Source: PVC group bacterium (lineage in GTDB: Bacteria > Auribacterota > Erginobacteria > Erginobacterales > Erginobacteraceae). Taken from it: a stretch of 10,383 bases of DNA. The notes beneath the pieces are model-generated. The model ran no database searches and had not been told where the DNA came from. It was given only the letters and a program-made list of their open reading frames with translations. Of the stretch, positions 7,221 through 10,383 are shown piece by piece. The position numbers were made by a program, and so were the translations under genes. Location of the stretch: the NCBI GenBank assembly GCA_043804695.1, contig JAZDIV010000092.1:1-10383 (forward strand), read 5' to 3'. The first letter of the stretch is position 1, and every line of letters begins with the position of its first letter.

Positions 7221-8045
7221 TCATTGTTTTCTTGCTTTGACGACATGCCGGCGGGATTTGCTCCGTTTCCGCGTCTTGCCGCCCTTGGCCGGCTTTCCCC
7301 AGGGAGAAACCGGATGACGTCCGCCGGAGCTTTTACCTTCCCCGCCGCCCATCGGGTGGTCGACCGGGTTCATGGCCACGCCCCGCACCTTCGGACGGCG
7401 GCCACGCCAGACACTGCGGCCGGCCTTGCCGTCGGTGATGGAGTTATGCTCGGGGTTGCCGACCTGGCCGATCGACGCCGCGCAGGCCAGCAGGATCCGC
7501 CGGACTTCGCCCGAGGGGAGCCGGATATGCCCATACTTCCCTTCCCGGGACATGAACTGGGCGGTGGTCCCGGCGCTCCTGACCAGGGAACCGCCCTGGC
7601 CGGGTTGCAGTTCGATGTTGTACACCGGGGTGCCGAGCGAAATCCGATCCAGCGGCATCCGATTGCCGGGCTTGATCTCCGCTTCCGGGCCCGCCATCAG
7701 CGTTTCCCCTGCCTGGATGCCGGCCGGCGCGAGAATATACCGCTTCTCCCCATCCGCGTAAAAGAGGAGAGCGATCCGGGCCGACCGGTTCGGGTCATAC
7801 TCGATGGCGGCAACCCGGGCCGGGATTCCCCACTTTTCCTGCTTGAAATCGATCATCCGGTAGCGCCTTTTGTGGCCACCCCCGCGGCGGCGGGAGGTAA
7901 TTCGGCCCTGATTGTTCCGCCCCGCCGATTTCTTGATCGGCCGGAGCAGACCCTTCTCGGGCTTCTTCTTTGTGATCTCTTCGAAGCCGGAGACGGTCAT
8001 GAACCGCCGGCTGGGCGTATAGGGCTTGTAGTGCTTGATAGCCAT
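7221..8045 (-). CDS. rplB: 50S ribosomal protein uL2
   Basis: [22 protein letters not shown] and [21 protein letters not shown] motifs. Start taken at MAIK (8045); an alternative ATG lies at 8051. Confidence 0.98.
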   Translation of the reverse strand: MAIKHYKPYTPSRRFMTVSGFEEITKKKPEKGLLRPIKKSAGRNNQGRITSRRRGGGHKRRYRMIDFKQEKWGIPARVAAIEYDPNRSARIALLFYADGEKRYILAPAGIQAGETLMAGPEAEIKPGNRMPLDRISLGTPVYNIELQPGQGGSLVRSAGTTAQFMSREGKYGHIRLPSGEVRRILLACAASIGQVGNPEHNSITDGKAGRSVWRGRRPKVRGVAMNPVDHPMGGGEGKSSGGRHPVSPWGKPAKGGKTRKRSKSRRHVVKARKQ

Positions 8046-8064
8046 AATCATTTAGTTCCGAGAT

Positions 8065-8194
8065 GAATATCAGGTTATCAGAACATCAGTGGAAAGAATA
8101 TCAGGATACCAGATTGTCAGATGAGGCCTGGCCCCTACCTGATTCCCTGTTCTTCTGATGCCCTTCCAACTGGTCCCCTGATTTCCTGATATCC
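8065..8194. repeat. Long imperfect palindrome with mirrored 8-bp-period (AT)CAG / CTG(AT) units
   Basis: Six CAG cores start at 8071, 8079, 8087, 8102, 8110 and 8118. They are mirrored by six CTG cores at 8139, 8147, 8155, 8170, 8178 and 8186. Both arms have spacing 8,8,15,8,8. Confidence 0.85.
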
Positions 8195-8209
8195 TTACTT
8201 CTTATTTCC

Positions 8210-8497
8210 TTAGGTCAGATCAATCTTCTCCCCTTCTTTCAGGGTCACGATGGCCTTTTTCCAGCTCGGCTTTCTCCCCTCGGTTTTTCCGACCCTTCTT
8301 ATCTTCCCGTGAACCGTCAGGGTCCGGACCTCGCTCACCTTGACGTTGAAAATTTTCCGGATCGCCGCGCGGATCTGAATTTTATTGGCCCGGGGATGAA
8401 CGCGGAAAAGATACTGGTTGTTCTTTTCCTGAAGAACCGTCCCCTTCTCCGTTACCACCGGACTGATGATCAGCTGTCTGGCCTCGCTTTCGTTCAC
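8210..8497 (-). CDS. rplW: 50S ribosomal protein uL23
   Basis: PVVTEK, ANKIQIR and WKKAIVTL motifs; GTG start overlapping the rplD stop (GTGA). Confidence 0.96.
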   Translation of the reverse strand: MNESEARQLIISPVVTEKGTVLQEKNNQYLFRVHPRANKIQIRAAIRKIFNVKVSEVRTLTVHGKIRRVGKTEGRKPSWKKAIVTLKEGEKIDLT

Positions 8498-9126
8498 CGT
8501 ATCTTCTCCATCCAGGCCTGCAGATGCAGCAATGCTTCCCGGGTGATGACGATCTTCTGATGGCTGGCCACGTCGTAGGTGTTCAAATCCCTGATCCCGA
8601 CGGCGGTCACCTTCGGTAAATTCCGGGAGGCGAGCGCAATCTGCTTATCCCGCCGGGTGGTGAGGATGAGGGCGGGGCCTTCGGCGCCGAGGGCGGCCAA
8701 AATACCGGCCAGCTCCTTGGTCCGGGGCGCCTCCAGGCCCAGCTCATCGATCACCAGAACCTGGCCTTTCTGAAACCGGATCGCCAGCATGGACTTGAGC
8801 GCCTTCCGCTTGACTTTCCGGGGGATTGAGAACGCGTATGACCGGGGCTGGGGGCCGAAGATAACACCGCCGCCGCGCCAGATCGGACTGGACCGTTTAC
8901 CGGCCCGGGCCCGTCCGGTCCCTTTCTGCCGCCAGGGCTTCCGTCCGCTGGCGGAGACCTCGGAGCGGTTCTTAACCGACGCGGTCCCCCGGCGCGCGCC
9001 GGCATCGTGCTGACGGATCACATCGTGGATGATCCCGGCGCTCCCGGTGATCTCGAGCAGCGAATCATCCAGCTCTATCGTGTCGACCCGTTCCCCGTTT
9101 CTGTTTTTCACTTCTATCGCGGTCAT
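8494..9126 (-). CDS. rplD: 50S ribosomal protein uL4
   Basis: KPWRQKGTGRARAG and PIWRGGGVIFGPQPRSY motifs. The likely start is ATG 9126, which overlaps the rplC stop (ATGA) and gives 210 aa. Confidence 0.96.
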   Translation of the reverse strand: MTAIEVKNRNGERVDTIELDDSLLEITGSAGIIHDVIRQHDAGARRGTASVKNRSEVSASGRKPWRQKGTGRARAGKRSSPIWRGGGVIFGPQPRSYAFSIPRKVKRKALKSMLAIRFQKGQVLVIDELGLEAPRTKELAGILAALGAEGPALILTTRRDKQIALASRNLPKVTAVGIRDLNTYDVASHQKIVITREALLHLQAWMEKIR

Positions 9127-9746
9127 TTTTCCGCTCTCTTCTTCGATGTCCGCACCAGCAAAAGACCTGACCGGGCGCCCGGAACCGCGCCTTTGAGCAT
9201 GATCAGGTTCTCTTCCGGACGCACCTGGACAACTTCCAGACTCTGGATGGTTCTTTGTACCCCGCCGGAGCGGCCGGGCAGGTGCTTGCCCTTGTAGACG
9301 TGGCCCGGCGTGGCCGATGATCCCTGGGAACCGGGGAGCCGCTGCTTGGGATGTCCGTGACTGACCGGGAAACGGGAGGCTTTCCATCGCTTGACCATCC
9401 CCGTAAAACCGTGGCCCTTGGATCTTCCCGTCACATCCACGTAATCGCCCGCCTTGAACAGCCCGGTTGTCAGCTCCTGTCCGGCCTGATAGCCCGCGGC
9501 ATCGGCGAACACGACCTCCCGGACATAGCGCCGGGGGGCGCGGTCGATTTTCTTGAAGTATCCCTGCTGGGGCTTTTTCAGGCGGTCCTCCCTGATCTCC
9601 TCGAATCCGATTTTCAGGGCGCTTTTCCCGGCCAGCACCTCCAGGACCGTGCAGGGCCCGGCTTGAATGACGGTTACCGGAACCACATCGCCGTTCGGCG
9701 CAAAGACCTGGGTCATGCCGATCTTTCTTCCTAACAATCCAGCCAT
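9123..9746 (-). CDS. rplC: 50S ribosomal protein uL3
   Basis: GLLGRKIGMTQVF, VPVTVIQAGPC, VDVTGRSKG and KGAVPG motifs. Start at ATG 9746; an alternative GTG lies at 9755. Confidence 0.97.
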   Translation of the reverse strand: MAGLLGRKIGMTQVFAPNGDVVPVTVIQAGPCTVLEVLAGKSALKIGFEEIREDRLKKPQQGYFKKIDRAPRRYVREVVFADAAGYQAGQELTTGLFKAGDYVDVTGRSKGHGFTGMVKRWKASRFPVSHGHPKQRLPGSQGSSATPGHVYKGKHLPGRSGGVQRTIQSLEVVQVRPEENLIMLKGAVPGARSGLLLVRTSKKRAEK

Positions 9747-9765
9747 CTTTCGCACTCTTATAGAT

Positions 9766-10071
9766 TTATTGCAGTTTGATTTCTATCCCGGCCGGCAGCT
9801 CGAGCTTTTTCAATTCATCAACCGTTTTGGCGGTAGGGTCAACAATATCCATCAGACGCTTGTGGGTCCGGATCTCGAACTGCTCCCGCGATTTCTTGTC
9901 GACATGCGGAGACCTTAAAACCGTGAACCGCTCTTTCCGGGTGGGCAGAGGAATGGGGCCGACCACCTTGGCTCCGGTCCGGCGGGCGGTCTCGACGATG
10001 GCATTGGTTGATTGATCGAGGAGACGAAAATCGTAGCCTCGCAGCCTGATTCTAATTCTCTGTCCTTGCAC
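9766..10071 (-). CDS. rpsJ: 30S ribosomal protein uS10
   Basis: RIRIRL, GPIPLPT and [21 protein letters not shown] motifs; GTG start with GAGG SD. Confidence 0.98.
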   Translation of the reverse strand: MQGQRIRIRLRGYDFRLLDQSTNAIVETARRTGAKVVGPIPLPTRKERFTVLRSPHVDKKSREQFEIRTHKRLMDIVDPTAKTVDELKKLELPAGIEIKLQ

Positions 10072-10149
10072 AGTTACCTCTTATTAATAAAATGAGCGCC
10101 CGGGGCGCCGATTGTGATGTTCCGATCCACATTTTTCGCAAAGCTGGAT

Positions 10150-10179
10150 AATGTATCAAAAATCGCGCTATCATAGCAA
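10150..10179 (-). promoter_or_regulatory. Possible sigma70-type promoter upstream of rpsJ
   Basis: Minus strand TTGCTA-18 nt-TACATT with TG at the extended -10 position; pattern match only. Confidence 0.22.
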
Positions 10180-10187
10180 TGATTACT

Positions 10188-10383
10188 TTATTCAATGATC
10201 TCGGTTACGGTTCCGGCGCCGACGGTGTGGCCGCCCTCCCGGATGGCGAACCGCAGGCCCTTCTCCATCGCGATCGGCGTGATCAGTTCCACCGTCATCG
10301 CCACGTTGTCCCCCGGCATCACCATCTCCACGCCCTCCGGCAGCTGTACCGTCCCCGTCACGTCCGTCGTCCGGAAGTAAAAC
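10188..10383 (-). CDS. tuf: Elongation factor Tu, C-terminal 64 aa (runs off window)
   Basis: Manual translation [64 protein letters not shown] matches EF-Tu domain III. Confidence 0.98.
   Translation of the reverse strand, partial: FYFRTTDVTGTVQLPEGVEMVMPGDNVAMTVELITPIAMEKGLRFAIREGGHTVGAGTVTEIIE

Noticed and set aside
7107..8066. 319-aa antisense ORF over rplB, and similar long antisense ORFs such as 4202-4891 and 4948-5679
   Set aside because: Long stop-free reverse frames are expected opposite GC-rich conserved genes, and they show no recognisable motifs.
8065..8194. CRISPR array or simple microsatellite interpretation of the ATCAG repeats
   Set aside because: The units are 8 bp, degenerate and inverted, with no 23-47 bp direct repeats, no spacers and no cas genes.
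9127..9387. 87-aa N-terminal extension of uL4 in the ORF track
   Set aside because: It overlaps rplC out of frame. The ATGA-coupled start at 9126 gives a normal uL4.

Overview
This window is a GC-rich bacterial S10-spc ribosomal protein cluster, entirely on the minus strand. In transcription order it reads: 3' end of tuf, rpsJ, rplC, rplD, rplW, rplB, rpsS, rplV, rpsC, rplP, rpmC, rpsQ, rplN, rplX, rplE, rpsZ (Zn-type S14), rpsH, rplF, rplR, rpsE, rplO and the 5' part of secY. rpmD (uL30) is missing from its usual slot. Sequence hallmarks suggest a PVC-related or candidate-phylum lineage (inference). The genes are ordinary housekeeping. The non-routine signal is in three enlarged spacers (rplW-rplB, rplB-rpsS, rplR-rpsE), each holding a different palindromic element. 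One is a 130-bp hairpin with a mirrored 8-bp-period CAG/CTG ladder, one is a CACTAAG-type inverted repeat with tandem TCCCGA hairpins, and one is a GTCATTGCGAG REP/RPE-like element. The tunnel loop of uL22 and the PTC-proximal loop of uL3 also diverge from the usual consensus. No novel protein-coding system is evident.
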